A stretch of DNA of 64,000 nucleotides from Flaccisagitta enflata. Lineage: Eukaryota. Below are positions 29,780 to 44,839 of the stretch, in pieces. Where the stretch lies: NCBI GenBank assembly GCA_965153355.1, contig OZ231126.1:42594001-42658000 (forward strand), written 5' to 3'. Within the stretch, counting starts at the first letter, position 1. The number at the start of each line of letters is the position of its first letter. The notes beneath the pieces were generated by a model. The model searched no databases and was not told where the DNA came from. It saw only the letters and a program-made list of their open reading frames with translations. A program made the position numbers and the translations under genes.

Positions 29780-31100
29780 GGGTCAAAATAGCCCAAAACG
29801 GCATTTTTTCCAAAAATATCAGAGTTACTTAGAATTTTTTAGCCAATCACACTCAATCTAGGTCAGAACTAGGATAAATATACGCATTTAGAGCCTTGAA
29901 CGCTGATACCAGGGTCATATCAGGCCAAAAACAGGCAAAAAATTGGTTAAATTAGCCAAAATCTGCATTTTCATCAGACCGATCATTATTATTCCGATTT
30001 TTTTTGCCAATCTCATTAAATCCAGTCAGAACTAGGTCAAATATACCCATTGAGAGCTTTGGACACTGATACCGGAGCCTTAACAGGCCAAAACAGGTCG
30101 CCCAAGGGCAATATGTGGTCAGCGATACCTGTTGCCCTGCTTTGAGTGATTATGAATTGGAGTGAGGGGAAGCAGGGCAGCGGCCCCAAAGGGGACGAAG
30201 TCCTGTAGAACACAGGGGGACTTTCGTTCATCCTGCCTGAACAAGTGGATGAGATGCTATAGCCTGAGAGGCCAGGTCTGAGGCCTGAGAGGTTGGATTT
30301 GAGGTCTAATAGGCCGGTTTTGAAGCCTGAGAGGCTGGATTTGAGGCCTGAGAGGCTGGATTTGAGGCCTGAGAGGCTGGATTTGAGGCCTAGGAGGCTG
30401 GATTTGAGGCCTGAGAGGCCAGATTTGAGGCTTGAGAGGCCAGATATGAGGCCTGAGGGGCCTGATAGGGGGGGGACGAACGAACGGACGGACGAACGAA
30501 CGGACGGACGAACGAACGGACGAACGAAAGTCCCCCTGTGTTCTACAGGACATCGTCCCCTTTGGGGCCGCTGCCCAAAAAGGCTAAAAATAGGCTAAAA
30601 TGACCAAAATCTGCATTTTCATCTAAAAAATCGCTGTAAATTACAATTTTTCCAATCACCTCACTCAATCTTGTCACAATTGATCAACTGTATTCATTGA
30701 GAGCTTTAGACATTGATACCGGGGCCATTACAGGCCAAAAACAGGCCAAAGTTGGGCTGAAAGGGCCAAAATCTGCAACTTCATCTAAAAAATCATTGTT
30801 ATTCAATTTTTTTTGTTGTTCAAACTCAATCCAGTCATAATGAGGACTAATATTTTCATTGAGAGCTTTTGATACTGATACCAGAGCCATAACAGGCCAA
30901 AACCCGGCCAAAAATGGGTTAAAATTGCCAAAATCTGCACATTCACTCAAAAATTTTTTTGCTAAGCTCACTCCATCTCGTCATAACTAGGACAAAAACA
31001 CTCATGAGAGGTCCAGACACTGATACCAGGGTCGCAACAGGCCAAAAACAGGCCAAAAATGGGCTAAAATGGCCACATTCTGTATTTCTACCTGTAAATG
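29780..31100. repeat. Diverged ~150-160-bp tandem array interrupted by a family B element
   Basis: gagagctt..gacactgatacc...acaggccaaaa motif recurs at ~29890, 30052, 30700, 30860, 31005. Confidence 0.75.
30092..30580 (-). mobile_element. Family B Helentron-like element
   Basis: Near-perfect subterminal IR gggcagcggccccaaaggggacga(a/t)gtcctgtagaacacaggggga, 21-bp internal repeats, (gaac)n, and a tail matching 25580-25661; inserted in an A-run of the array unit. Confidence 0.85.
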
Positions 31101-31739
31101 CTCAAAAAATGATAATTTTTTTTCATTTTCTGTGTTGTGGGTCTACAATTACACGGGTAACGCAAATTGATATGGGAAGAACACCATTTACGCGCATCTT
31201 TTAGCCATTTTTTGTCATTTGTTGTCATTTTTTGTCATTTTTCTATCATTTGCAAGCATTTGCAAGCATTTTCCGTTTGCAAGCACTTTTAAGCCATTTT
31301 TTGTCATTTTTTGTCATTTTTTTGTCATTTGCAAGCATTTGAAAGTATTTGCAAGCATGTGCAAGCATATGCAAGCACGTGCAAGCATTTGCAAGCTTTT
31401 AAGCCATTTTTTGTCATTTTTTGCAATTTGTAATATTCATTTGCAATGGTAGACTGACATAAAGACAGTTATACCAGATATGGACAGACCAACTGACTGA
31501 TGGACTGACCAACAAGCTCCACATAAATCCAAACTAATTTGGCAAGCAGAAGAATTTTCAAAATTGTACTGTGTAGTTTTCTTGAGTACAAATGAAATAA
31601 TGCATTAAGTATACTTCAGCTCTAGAAAAATCAATTCATCTTTAAGTATAGATAGTTATTCAACTTGCTTTTGAACACAATTATTCGGAATAACTGTCAA
31701 AAATGCCATTTTCACAATATTACTTTAAGAAACAATTTC

Positions 31740-33320
31740 AAATGACAGTGGCTTGAGCATTGATGTGTGTAAATATCGTTTGATAAGTGTAACAGCAGTT
31801 TTTGAACATCAACAACCTGGAAAACTGTGAAAATGGCCATTTTTTCAGCAAAAAATGACACTGAATGACAACAGCTTCAGTTGATATTTGGCAGGAATAT
31901 GTCTCTGCGTCAAACTAATACTATTTGACCATTTACCACCTTAAACAGCTGTTTTTTAACGTCAACGACATGAAAAACTGTGAAAATGGTCATTTCTACA
32001 GCATTTTACGGCTAAAAATGACACTGAATGATGACTGCTTCTATTGATTTTTGGCATGAGCATGTCTCAAGGCCAAACCATCACTGTTTCATCGTTTGAT
32101 AACTATGACAGCAGTTTTCTAACATCAACAACCTGAAAAACTGTGAAAATGGCCATTTTTACGGCAATTTACGGCAAAAGATGACACTGAATAACAACAG
32201 CTTCACTTGAATTTTGGCATGAATGTGTCTTGGAGTCAAACTGATACTGTTTGACCATTTGCCACCTTTCACAGCTGTTTTAAAACGACAACAACCTGAA
32301 AAACTGTGAAAATGGCCATTTTTACGGTATCTTACAGCAAAAAGTGACACTGAATAACAACAGCTCCACTTGAATTTTGGCATGAATATGTCTTGGAGTC
32401 AAACTAATACTGTTTGACCATTTGCCACCTTTCACAGCTGTTTTAAAACGACAACAACCTGAAAAACTATGAAAATGGTCATTTTTATGGCATTTTACGG
32501 CAAAAAATGACACTGAATGATGACAGCTTCACTAGATTTTTGGCATGAATATGTCTCAGAGTCAAACCAATACTGTTTGACTGTTTGCCACCTGTTACAG
32601 CTGTTTTTTTAACATCAACGACCTGAAAAACTGTGAAAATGGCCATTTTTACGGCATTTTACGGCAAAAAATGACACTGAATGACAACAGCTTCACTTGA
32701 ATTTTGGCATGAATATGTCTTAGAGTCAAACTAATACTGTTTGACCATTTGCCACCTTTCACAGCTGTTTTATAACATCAACAACCTGAAAAACTGTGAA
32801 AGTGGCCATTTTTACGGCATTTTACAGCAAAAAATGACACTGAATGATGACAGCTTCACTTGATTTTTGGCATGATCATGTCTCAGAGTCAAACCAATAC
32901 TGTTTGACTGTTTGCCACCTTTGACAGCTCGTTTTTCATACCAACAACCTGAAAAACTGTGAAAATGGCCATTTTTACGGCATTTTACGGCAGAAAATGA
33001 CACTTAATGATGACAGCTTCACTTGATTTGTGGCATGAGCATGTCTCAAGGCCAAACCATTACTGTATCACCCTTTGACAACTATAGCAGCACGTTAAGA
33101 ACATCTACAACCTGAAAAACTGTAAAAATAGCCATTTTTACGGCATTTTACGGCAAAAAATGACACTGGATGATGACGGCTTCATTTGAATTTTGGCACA
33201 AATATGTCTCAGAGTCAAACTATTACTGTTCGACCGTTTTGCCACCTATTTCAGCTGTTTGTGAACATAAAAATCCTGAAAAACTGTCAAAAAGGCCCTT
33301 TTTACGTCATTTTACGTCAT
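31740..33320. repeat. 163-bp satellite-like tandem array, ~9.5 units
   Basis: acctgaaaaactg-like anchor at about 31814, 31968, 32131, 32294, 32457, 32621, 32784, 32947, 33110, 33274. Confidence 0.95.
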
Positions 33321-33750
33321 TTTACGGCTCTGTGTGGACAATTCTTTTCCGAATGTGCTCTATAACTTTTTTTGACTTCTACACAATATATGTGATTGGT
33401 TTAGGGCAAAAAATTTGCACCTTGACCAAATTTCCCAAATAGCCTGGGGTTAACATACATAAATCACAGTGCCATTTGACCCTTAAAGCTTAGAAACAAC
33501 TGATGCCGCCATAAGTGCAAGCAATTACTGGACAGGAGGGATGACACACAAAATATCATAACGCCCGGGAACCTTTTCTTGTACTTTTACAGCTCTATGA
33601 CGGGTTGACACTTATTTTGGTGCTATGATTATTTCCTAGGTAGAAGTGAAGCTTAACTGTAATTGAAGCTGGGCATTTACCTGCACCAACTGCCCATTGA
33701 TTTACCTGAAAATACTTTTCTCTCTTTTCCCCCACTTATTCAAATCCCCA

Positions 33751-34079
33751 TTTTTTGGGAAGCAACCCCGAATGACCTATGCTCTCCTACATATAGGAGA
33801 CTTTCTCCTCCTCCTCCTCCTCCTCCTCCTCCTCCTCCTCCTCCTCCTCCTCCTCCTCCTCCTCCTACATCAGTCCGTCCATCCCCCCCAAATCAAATCC
33901 CAGTCTTGAGGCCCAAATCCCGGTCTTGAGGCCCAAATCTCAGTCTCGATGCCCAAATATCAGCTTAGAGACCCAAATCCTAGTCTCATGGCCCAAATCC
34001 TTACCTCAAGGCCAAAATACTAGCTTCAAGGATAGACGGACAGAGAAAGAGGAGAAAATTCCATATACATGTGAAAGCA
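33751..34079 (+). mobile_element. Degenerate Helentron-like element (family C) with (CCT)n and ~21-bp gaggcccaaatc repeats
   Basis: 5' gacctatgct...tttctcctc is inverted at ~34049-34079; related fragments at ~20445-20500 and ~20836-20897. Confidence 0.55.
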
Positions 34080-34189
34080 AAACTTTCCTTGTTTGTAAGA
34101 TAATGACAGTATGCTGACTGTATTTTACGACATATAAATGAAATAGAAAGAGAGAGAGAGAGAGAGACAGAATTAAATTAAATTGAATT

Positions 34190-34277
<88 letters not shown>

Positions 34278-34483
34278 GAGCTCGATTACATATCGACACC
34301 ATGGTCAATTCGATGAGGAAAGGACTCTCCTTTGCCCTTTTCTCTCATTTTTAGCACCTCGACCAAGCTCTCAATGGTAGAAATCGTACTCTCTCTCTTT
34401 TATCTTACATCCTCCTGCACTCTCTCGTGTACGCTCTCCTCATTATCGTGCCCCCTCCCTTGGGTATTGCCCTGAGAGAGAGA

Positions 34484-34867
<384 letters not shown>

Positions 34868-34909
34868 ACACACACACACACACACACACACATGCACGCA
34901 CACACACAT

Positions 34910-35122
<213 letters not shown>

Positions 35123-35156
35123 TACACAGGGGCAATTGGGAGATGAAATAGAGGAT

Positions 35157-35538
35157 TTTTAGTCGCGTGCACGCGACACTACACCCCGCTTTGTCCGTCC
35201 GTCGGTCCGTCGGTCCATCCGTCGGTCCGTCAAACTTTACTATTTTTGTAATATAACGTCAACTCTTAGGTAATTTTAGGTCTTTCTTAGTCATTAACAG
35301 TTATTCTAAGTCATTTTGAGTCATTCTAAGTCATTTTTAGTTATTCCGAGTCATTTTAAGTTATTTTAGGTCATTTTTGGTCATTAGGTTTTTTAGTCAT
35401 TTTAAGTCCTTTTTGGACATTTTAAGTCATTTTAAGTCATTCTAAGTCATTCTAAGTCATTCTAAGTCTTTCTAAGTCATTCTAAGTCATTTTTACCCTT
35501 TAAATCTCGCAGGCGACTTATAGGTGTTGGCCTTGTTT
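35157..35538 (+). mobile_element. Family A element with internal 10-bp taagtcattt repeats
   Basis: agtcgcgtgcacgcgac...(gtcc/gtcg)n...gcgacttataggtgttggccttgttt; same subfamily as 51550-52106. Confidence 0.8.
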
Positions 35539-35861
35539 GTTGAAGAATGAGTGTATTTCATTTCCACTGTAGCACGTCATATTGAGCACTAATTTTTCCC
35601 ATTTCACTGAAGCATGAGCTTCAATGAGGCACAACGTCGTGCTCCAGTGAAAACAGGTTTAACTTAAGCACGAATTTCGTTATTAAGTGGATGCTTACTC
35701 ATAAATTGCATATCTTCTCCTTCACCTTTTTCTTCCGCGGTCCATCTTCCCCCCTCCCCCTCTCTCAGACTCAAATCCTTGCCTACAGGCAAAAATCCCA
35801 GCTTTGAGCCTAGAATTTGAGTCCTAACGGAGAGGAGGGGGGATGGAGGAGAAGAAGAAAC

Positions 35862-36165
35862 ATGGGCGTGTTGACACTTACAAAAATAGGTGTGTTGACA
35901 CTTACAAAAATAGGTGTGTTGACACTTACAAAAATGGGTGTGTTGACACTTACAAAAATGGGCGTGTTGACACTTAAAAAAATGGGTGTGTTGACACTTG
36001 CAAAAATGGGTGTGTTGACACTAACAAAAATGGGCGTGTTGACACTCACAAAAATGGGCATGTTGACACAATTCTCAAGAGAATTTAAGATGACCACAGA
36101 TAAGCGTGTTGAGACAACCAAAAGTAGAGGTGTTGACACAGCAAAAAAAATGGTGTGTTGACACA
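35862..36165. repeat. 24-bp minisatellite (aaaaatgggtgtgttgacacttac), 9 regular plus 3 degenerate units
   Basis: gttgacac every 24 bp from 35870 to 36062; explains the GVLTLTKM ORF. Confidence 0.9.
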
Positions 36166-36293
36166 GCTACAATTGGCCTGTATGATATGATAGCGTGTTT
36201 CTATTGTCAATCAAATGATAAATCTAGCAATGACTGCATGTAAATGTAGCTTCCATCAAGGACCGTTTCATAAGTCCAATTAACAGACGTTAC

Positions 36294-36409
36294 GTAACTG
36301 TTGGTATGCCTGCGTTTCGTAACGCCAAAAAACACACTTTATGAAACCTCCAAGTGTGTCACTAAGGCGTTTTTAGGTCGTTACGTAACGCAGGCATACC
36401 AACAGTTAC
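36294..36409. mobile_element. Small palindromic element (23-bp perfect inverted repeat)
   Basis: gtaactgttggtatgcctgcgtt ... aacgcaggcataccaacagttac; no TSD seen. Confidence 0.55.
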
Positions 36410-37268
36410 AACACACTGAACAACACAAGTGTTGTAACGCTACATTGGCACGCGGCGAATTACCTGGGACAGAGAGTGGAAATTCAAAATAGGAGAAAAT
36501 TGAAAGTTACACAACGGAGGATTTAATTCGTAGCACCACCGCCTCCACCCCACCCCCCCCCCCACCTCGCCCCCCAAAAAAGTAGAGACCAAAAGGAAAA
36601 GGGAGTGAAAAAAGAACGAAAACCAAGGGCAAGATGGAGAGATATGGAAATTGGAAAAAAAAACGACAGGGGCGAGAGGAAAGGAACAAATCAATAAAAG
36701 TATAAAAGAAAGAAAAGGAAGAAATAATCAAAGAATGAGGGCAGAAATAAAGAAAAAAAAATCAACGAAAGAAAGACAAGAGAAATGAAAGAAGAGCAAA
36801 ATTAGAAAGAAAGCAGGAAAGAAAGTAAGAATGGAAGAAGAAGCTAAAGCAAAGCTTGAATGATATTGAGAGAATGAACGAGAAAAATCATTTAAGAAAA
36901 AAAGAGGAAAGAAGAGAAAAATGATGGATCATAAGAGTCATAGATAGTAGCGCTCGCGATTGTGTCAGAATTACAATTTGCATCTTCATTTTGTCTCAGC
37001 TCAAGAGAGAATTAACAGTAATTTACATGTAGATGATGAAGATTCCACGTGTGCGTCTCATTATGTGTGTGAGCTCAAGTTGAGGCCGGCAGCTGCCTTT
37101 TATATTCAGCGGCCGACGATTCCCAGCAGACGCTTAGTAAAAACTAAGTCGCTGCGAAACATTCTTGTCATGAAGACTTGTAATATAAAACAGTGGAATG
37201 GAACATTTTATACCATTATTTTCTTCATTCAAATAATCACCGGCCATCTGACACATGGTGGGGAACGA

Positions 37269-37384
37269 TTTTTAGTCGCGAACACGCGACTCTACACCTT
37301 GCCGTGTCGTTCGGTAGGTTTGTAGGTCGGTCCGTCCGTATTATTTTTGAATGCCGACAGGATTGCCGTGTATCCGGCCTTGTT
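37269..37384 (+). mobile_element. Short family A element
   Basis: tttttagtcgcgaacacgcgact...gccgtgtatccggccttgtt. Confidence 0.7.
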
Positions 37385-37501
37385 TTGTTTTGTTTTTTGT
37401 TGATTTACTGTTCTCCACTAAATCTCGAGACAGCATTCACGGTGAAAATCTCGGATTATTCAGCCTTTACAAGAGGCGCTTTTGTTCACCACGTTTACAT
37501 A

Positions 37502-37835
37502 CCGTATTTTTTCTAAAAAGCGCCCCGGGCGCTTTTGAAATTGAAATAAAACTTGGCTTTTTAACCCTCCAATTAGCGCCCCCCTTATATTGTAGATGAA
37601 CTGTCATTTAGTTTATCGTTTTCATGAAAGGCTTCCAAAATGCTAAATTTGACTCAAAATGGAGATATTCCTTGCATATACCTGTTTGAAAGTCTTTGAA
37701 ACTGGCTCATTGTGTTGTTTTATATCATCATTTTGCTCAATATTTCTGATCAAATCTCTTCTGAAAAATATAACACTAAGAAAAAAAAGAGGGGGGCGCT
37801 TTTTGGAGGGGAGCGCTTTTTAGAAAAAAATACGG
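37502..37835. mobile_element. 334-bp pogo/Tc2-type MITE
   Basis: TA-ccgtattttttctaaaaagcgc ... gcgctttttagaaaaaaatacgg-TA. Confidence 0.85.
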
Positions 37836-38462
37836 TAATTCTATTATATGCTCTCTCTTGCTGATACCCAGCATCATACATGCAGACGAGTGGGCAGGGT
37901 GGGAAAAAAGCACATTTCTACTTTTTTTTTGAAAGAAGGTGGAGTAACGAACGGACCAAAAGACCAATAGAACTAAGGATGGAAAAAACGAGCGGGCAGA
38001 AAGCTTCTTTTAAAGTCCCTAGTTTGCGTCTAAAAAGGCCTTCCTAAATAGGTGCGTCTAAAGGGGCGGCCATAAGCGCTAAAAATGGGTTCTTACCACT
38101 TTTGCTTGTCAGTTTGCGAGTGAAATCTATGGGCAGACGGTTGCGCCATTACATAATTCTCTGTCAAAAAAATTCTTTCTTTTTATTTCTTTTCCTGGTT
38201 GTGCGGCCCCGAAAATTTCATTTCAATATTTTGCCGTTGTTTTTTCTCCTTTTTGTCTGGCCTTTGATTTTTTTTTTAAATAATGTCTCGAAGAAAACAA
38301 ACGTAAGAATTCCGTTTGTAGTCATTCAGCTAATGGATATCCATTACATCTAATTATACGTAATATAGTATGCATCGAGGATTGAGTGTTAGACAATAAG
38401 TGAGTTGACACACACATACACGCACGCACACACAAACACACACACACAAACACACATACACA

Positions 38463-38557
<95 letters not shown>

Positions 38558-38558
38558 A

Positions 38559-38711
<153 letters not shown>

Positions 38712-38718
38712 ACGCACG

Positions 38719-39037
<319 letters not shown>

Positions 39038-39040
39038 ACA

Positions 39041-39161
<121 letters not shown>

Positions 39162-39688
39162 TGCATTTATCGAGAGGTAAAGTGCCACGTTGACGAAAAG
39201 CACAGAAGCACATGTTCGTGTTGGGCTAAAAGATGATATTTAACGGAGCCCACTTTGTTGTTAAAATTCGCCACATTCGTTAATTTGTTAACTCGCTTAC
39301 TCATACAGCTATCGAATTCCTCCGCTCGCTCGAGTCGCTAACCAGATTAAAGGAATTCTTCTTCAGCTATTGACATTAAGGAGCTTTGATTCGTGGTACT
39401 TTCCCTCCTGTTTTTTACTTGCTTGCATATGACAAGTAAACATTACGATAGTGACCATGTATTTTTTTACCTTTTCTACACATTACGAAAAATCGTAAAA
39501 CTGAGGACGAATGTGTCTTAAATCTGAAGTGGAAGAGCCGGGGTAAAGACGGCGTTATGGGACACGGCATCGCTGGGGAGCCCTTGCCCTTTCCCAGGTT
39601 TTGACAACATTGGTTCTGACCACCGACCCGTTTCACGGACGCGAGCAGGGTAAGACCTTCCTACCTCAAGAGACCAAGAGGGACCCGC

Positions 39689-39795
<107 letters not shown>

Positions 39796-40327
39796 ATAAG
39801 CATTGTCATTTCACAGGCGCGGGTAAACCCCGCTGACCGAACGTCCGAGAAGGAGTTGAGGATAAACCTAAACAGAAAGAGAAAGTAAAGGAGAAAAGTT
39901 CTGCGCAACCGCGCCTTAAAAACGCGCCCTCATTCGGACGCCGTTTCGGCTTCTGGCTTCCGCTTCCGGTCTAAACGCCGACTGTTCTAGAGGCGCTTAG
40001 CACGACGCAGAAGGGCGGGCCAATGAGATAAAGCCAAGAACGGGCCGAGAAAAAAAAACAAGGCCGGTTACACGGTGAGACAGTCGCGGACGGTTGGGCA
40101 GGGGCTGTAATACGAAAACCGCTCGCAATTCAAAACAATTTGGGATGGACGGACGGACGGACCGACACGGCAGGGTGTGTAGAGTCGCGTGTCCGCGACT
40201 AAAAAGAGGCAGAGCCCGCGTAGAAATATTTATCGATTTCTCAGCCAAGGCATCATCGTTTGTCTGGCCGTGGACGAGATCGTCAAAATGACACGACCCA
40301 AGGACCATTAACGACGCGAAATGAGGG

Positions 40328-40572
<245 letters not shown>

Positions 40573-41206
40573 AATAAACAGACAGACAAACGGAGGGACT
40601 GACAGACAGACAGATACACAAGGCCGTATACACTCCCCCCCCCCCCAGACGCGATTAGGTGGGCAGGAGCGGAAGAGCCAAAAAAACGCTCACATTTTGT
40701 TTTGGATATCGACGGACCGACGGACTGACGGACTGACCGACACAGCAAGTTCTTGAGTCGCGAGACGGACAGAGAGACTGGGACTGACAGACAGACTGGT
40801 ACAGACGAACACGAATAGTCGGAACAAAAGAAAACGATGGACAAGCAGAAAGAAAGAGAGAAAGAGGGAAAGATGAAAGGCCTAATCTGGGAAGGGGGTT
40901 GTGAGAAAAATAGGGTATTGGTAGGGGAAGGAGACAAACTCATTGAAATAGAGAGCCGAAGAGACATGAGAAGGAAAGGGACAGAATAAGTCAGACAAAA
41001 GAGTAAAAATAAACAGAAAGCTAACATAAATGCGAAAGAAAGATGGAAATGGAAAAAGCCTGTTGTTTAAAAACCCAACCCTAACCCATAAAAGAGAACC
41101 AAAAAGACAATCTCAACCAATGATCAACTGCTTCACATGAGTGAACGCTCACAACACGTTAAGCCCAGTGTCTTACCCATTTTGCCTGAAGAAACATGGA
41201 TGAAAA

Positions 41207-41349
<143 letters not shown>

Positions 41350-42401
41350 AAGCCAAAAGACAGAATGAACAAGGCCGGATACACAGCTGCACGAGTCGCG
41401 TGCGGGTAGGCAGGGGCTGTGATAAAGAAAATCTCTTTGACATTTGGTTAGGAGCAGTAAGCTAAAAAGTTAAAAAACGGCGAAAAAGAAAAAAAGGGGA
41501 CTAATCAATCGACCAATCAACCGACGGACCGATATGGTGAGATGTAGAGTTGCGTATCACACGACTTAAAAAAAAAAACAAGAAAGAAAGAAACAGTAAA
41601 AGATGGAAAGTAGAAAAAAGAAGAAAAAGAAAGAAACAATGAAAGAAGAAAAAAAAATGAATGAATGAAAAAAAAAAGAATAAATGAAAGAAACCAAAGA
41701 GAGAAACAAAGGACGAAAGGAAAAAAATGAAAGAAGTTTCTAGGAAAATGGAAAGAAAGAAGAGAAAGGACAAACAACGATAGAAATTGTCATGGAAAAG
41801 AAGTAGCATCAAACGGTGTTAGGGAAATTGGATATAGGATTTTGGCCAATGTTCTGGAGACAAAAATAAATGTCATAGGATGTGGGAAAGGAAATATGAA
41901 TGGAAATGCGAATTTGGAGCAAAAAGATTTTCTATGATTGAATCATCAATTTTGCCTTCTAGATATGGACTCCCACACAGATGTACCAAGACGAAAAGAC
42001 GTATAAAAGATTCATTGTTGCGTTCACTCGTCGCTGGAACCCGCTCCTCTGTCAGTATAACTGTCTGTCTCAAAGTGCTTGGGCGTCACTCTCCGATATG
42101 AATGCATAAATTGCCTCCACTGACTTTTTGGACACCGCTTCTGCCCAATCCTGTAAGTTAGCTTTTCGTTTCTTTCATCTTGTATTTCGCAATGCTTGAA
42201 ATTGTGCAGCGTATTCGAGTGACAAACAATTGCACTACAAAATTTGCTCTGTATTGTAGTTATTGCAGTATTGCAGTATTGTAGTCGTGCAGTTATATTG
42301 TATTTGCCTCGACGATTAAGCGCCAAACAATCGAATGCGATTACCGATTAACAATGTAAACTCTGCATTTGTAACGATACATCTCTGCATTGGGTAGCAG
42401 A

Positions 42402-42502
<101 letters not shown>

Positions 42503-43025
42503 TCTCTCTCTCTCTCTCTCCTCTTTTTCCCCTCCCGTCGTTCTTGTACCATGGCCTGGGTCCGGGATGATTAAGAACGTGGAAGCGACGCATGATGTGA
42601 AAAAAAAAGTTGGGTGAGAGTTGCTTCACAGGTTATTGCAGTTTTATCTCGTTCAACTATCATCGTCTGTCCGTCTGTTTGTTTGTCTGTTTGGCTGCCA
42701 GTGCATCTGTTCGTCTGGAGACGTATTTGCCTTGTCCGTCCAATCGTTTTTTCTCTCTAGCATTTTCAATTTGCTCAGATAATTTTGTCTGTCATTAAGA
42801 CGTTCTCATTCTTTCCCTTTCAATTCCCCTTCACTATTCGTTTCTTTCTCCATCCACTCCTTCTCTGCGTCTCCGTTTGTCTGTCTATCTATCTGTCTTG
42901 CTGCCAGTCTGTCTTGTTGTTTTTCTGTCTTTCTGTCTTTCTGTCTATCTGTATTTTCGTCTCTCTGTCTCTCTTTTGGTCTTTCTACCGTGCTATCATT
43001 TTCTTCTTGTCTTTCTGTCTCTCAA

Positions 43026-43070
<45 letters not shown>

Positions 43071-43987
43071 CAAGAATCTCCGTTGCCCTTTCTCCTCTAC
43101 TTTCTCTTCCTTCATTTCTTTTCTCCATCTCTTTCCTCTCTCTCTCTCTTTCTTATTCTGTAGAAAAAGGAAAAACCATTAAGAGCCATTTCCTTTGTTA
43201 GCAATGAGACGGTGAGTTAGTCAACCAGTCAACAGGAAGCGGCACTCGTGCATGGTGCCCAAGGTGCGGTGTTGGGGGTGGTGTCGGTGGTGGTGACTGG
43301 TGTTGGGGGGGGTGTTTCTTTTGACAGTAAGGAGGTAAGGAAAAGTTGCCGTTAATTATGGTTTATGGTGTTTGTTCGTGGCTGGTCGGGCAAGGAAGAG
43401 ATGGCCGGTTTGGTCGGTTGGTCAATCGGTTGGTGTCGTTTTTACTATCAAGCTTGGAAAAAATGCTTCCACACAGCACAGCTTCTATAAATAAGTATAA
43501 TTGATGCTACTTTCTTCACATGCCATCCCACGCCTTCACGTTTTGTTATTGGACTTCTTGTTTTTTCATGGCTGTGCCTGCAAATTAGCAATTTTGATCC
43601 TTAGAAATGATAAATCTTACGATGATTTTAGTTGTGTGCTACGCGTGCTACGCGTGCCACGAGACCTACTTTTTGGTCGGTCAGTTGATTGGCTGGTCGT
43701 CTGTCAGTGTTATGAAGTATCAAAAATGGTTGAAAAATTATAATTATGAGTTGACTGAAAGCATGCGACTAACAGGTGCTGGCCATGTTCCTCATAAAAC
43801 ATGTAATCAAGAACTTTTTTCGTTTTCAATCTACAACTGAGGACCACATTAATATTCAATCTTACGCCTCTATGAAGTCAGGAACGCAGACAACTTGTTG
43901 TTTATTCTCCACCTGTCTGTCTGTTTGTCAGTCTGTTTCTCAGTCTTTCTCTCTGTCTCTCTGTCTCTTTGTCTGTCTGTCTTTTTA

Positions 43988-44036
<49 letters not shown>

Positions 44037-44122
44037 GTTTCTGTCTGTCTGTGTTTCTGACTGTCTGTCTGTCTGTCTGTCTGTCTGTCGGTCTGTCGGT
44101 CTGTCGGTCTGTCGGTCTGTCG

Positions 44123-44180
<58 letters not shown>

Positions 44181-44426
44181 ATGTCTGTCTGTCTCTCTGT
44201 CTGTCTGTCTATCATTCTGTCAGTCTATCAGTCTGTCAGTCTGCTTGTCTGACAATCACTTACCGAAATCCGTGCCAGGGTCCTTTCTCTCGTCACCAAC
44301 GGCACCACGGCATACATTCTTTTTCCTGAGCGCTCGTTATTTTAATCTATTTCTTTTTTGGAGGTCGTTATTTAAACTACTTACAGTTTCTCATTTTTCT
44401 TTTGGCAGCACTTTGAAAAGCAACTA

Positions 44427-44839
44427 CACATGGACGCAAAATACAGCGTGATGAGGCGCCAATAGCCAAAAGAAATTTAGCACCCCCCACTACAGCTATA
44501 TTGGCTGATTGAAAATTTTTATGGAAAGTCATTTTGAGTAACTTAAGGGAATACAAATGGCGTCATCAGAGCAATTTTTGAGATTGTAACTAAAACCTTG
44601 AAATTTATCACTTTTACTCATAAAATATACACTCTTGGAAAAGGACAGAAAATAGAGTAAAACGTGATAAATTTCAAGGTTCTAGGTACAATTTCAAAAT
44701 TCCCTCTGATGACGCCACTCATATTCCCCTTAGTGACTCAAAACAACTTTCAAAAGAAAATTTCATTCAGCCAAATTGGCTGTAGTGGGGGGTGCTAAAA
44801 CTTTTGGCGCCTCATCACGCTGTATTTTACGTCCATGTG
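44427..44839. mobile_element. 413-bp foldback MITE, Tc1-like, right-arm specific
   Basis: TA-cacatggacgcaaaatacagcgtgatgaggcgcc ... ggcgcctcatcacgctgtattttacgtccatgtg-TA; palindromic nearly to the centre; empty site at left ~13130-13142. Confidence 0.9.

Noticed and set aside
28323-33453. TTAA-flanked piggyBac/Kolobok element enclosing the satellite arrays
   Set aside because: TTAA sites are present but the candidate TIRs (caccctcaactttggg vs ccccaggctatttggg) match too weakly.
39598-39655. FDNIGSDHRPV, like the EEP/LINE-endonuclease SDH motif, between AG and GTAAGA
   Set aside because: The left-arm copy has a stop (SDH*), upstream frames are closed, and no other EEP motifs are found; possibly chance or a tiny relic.
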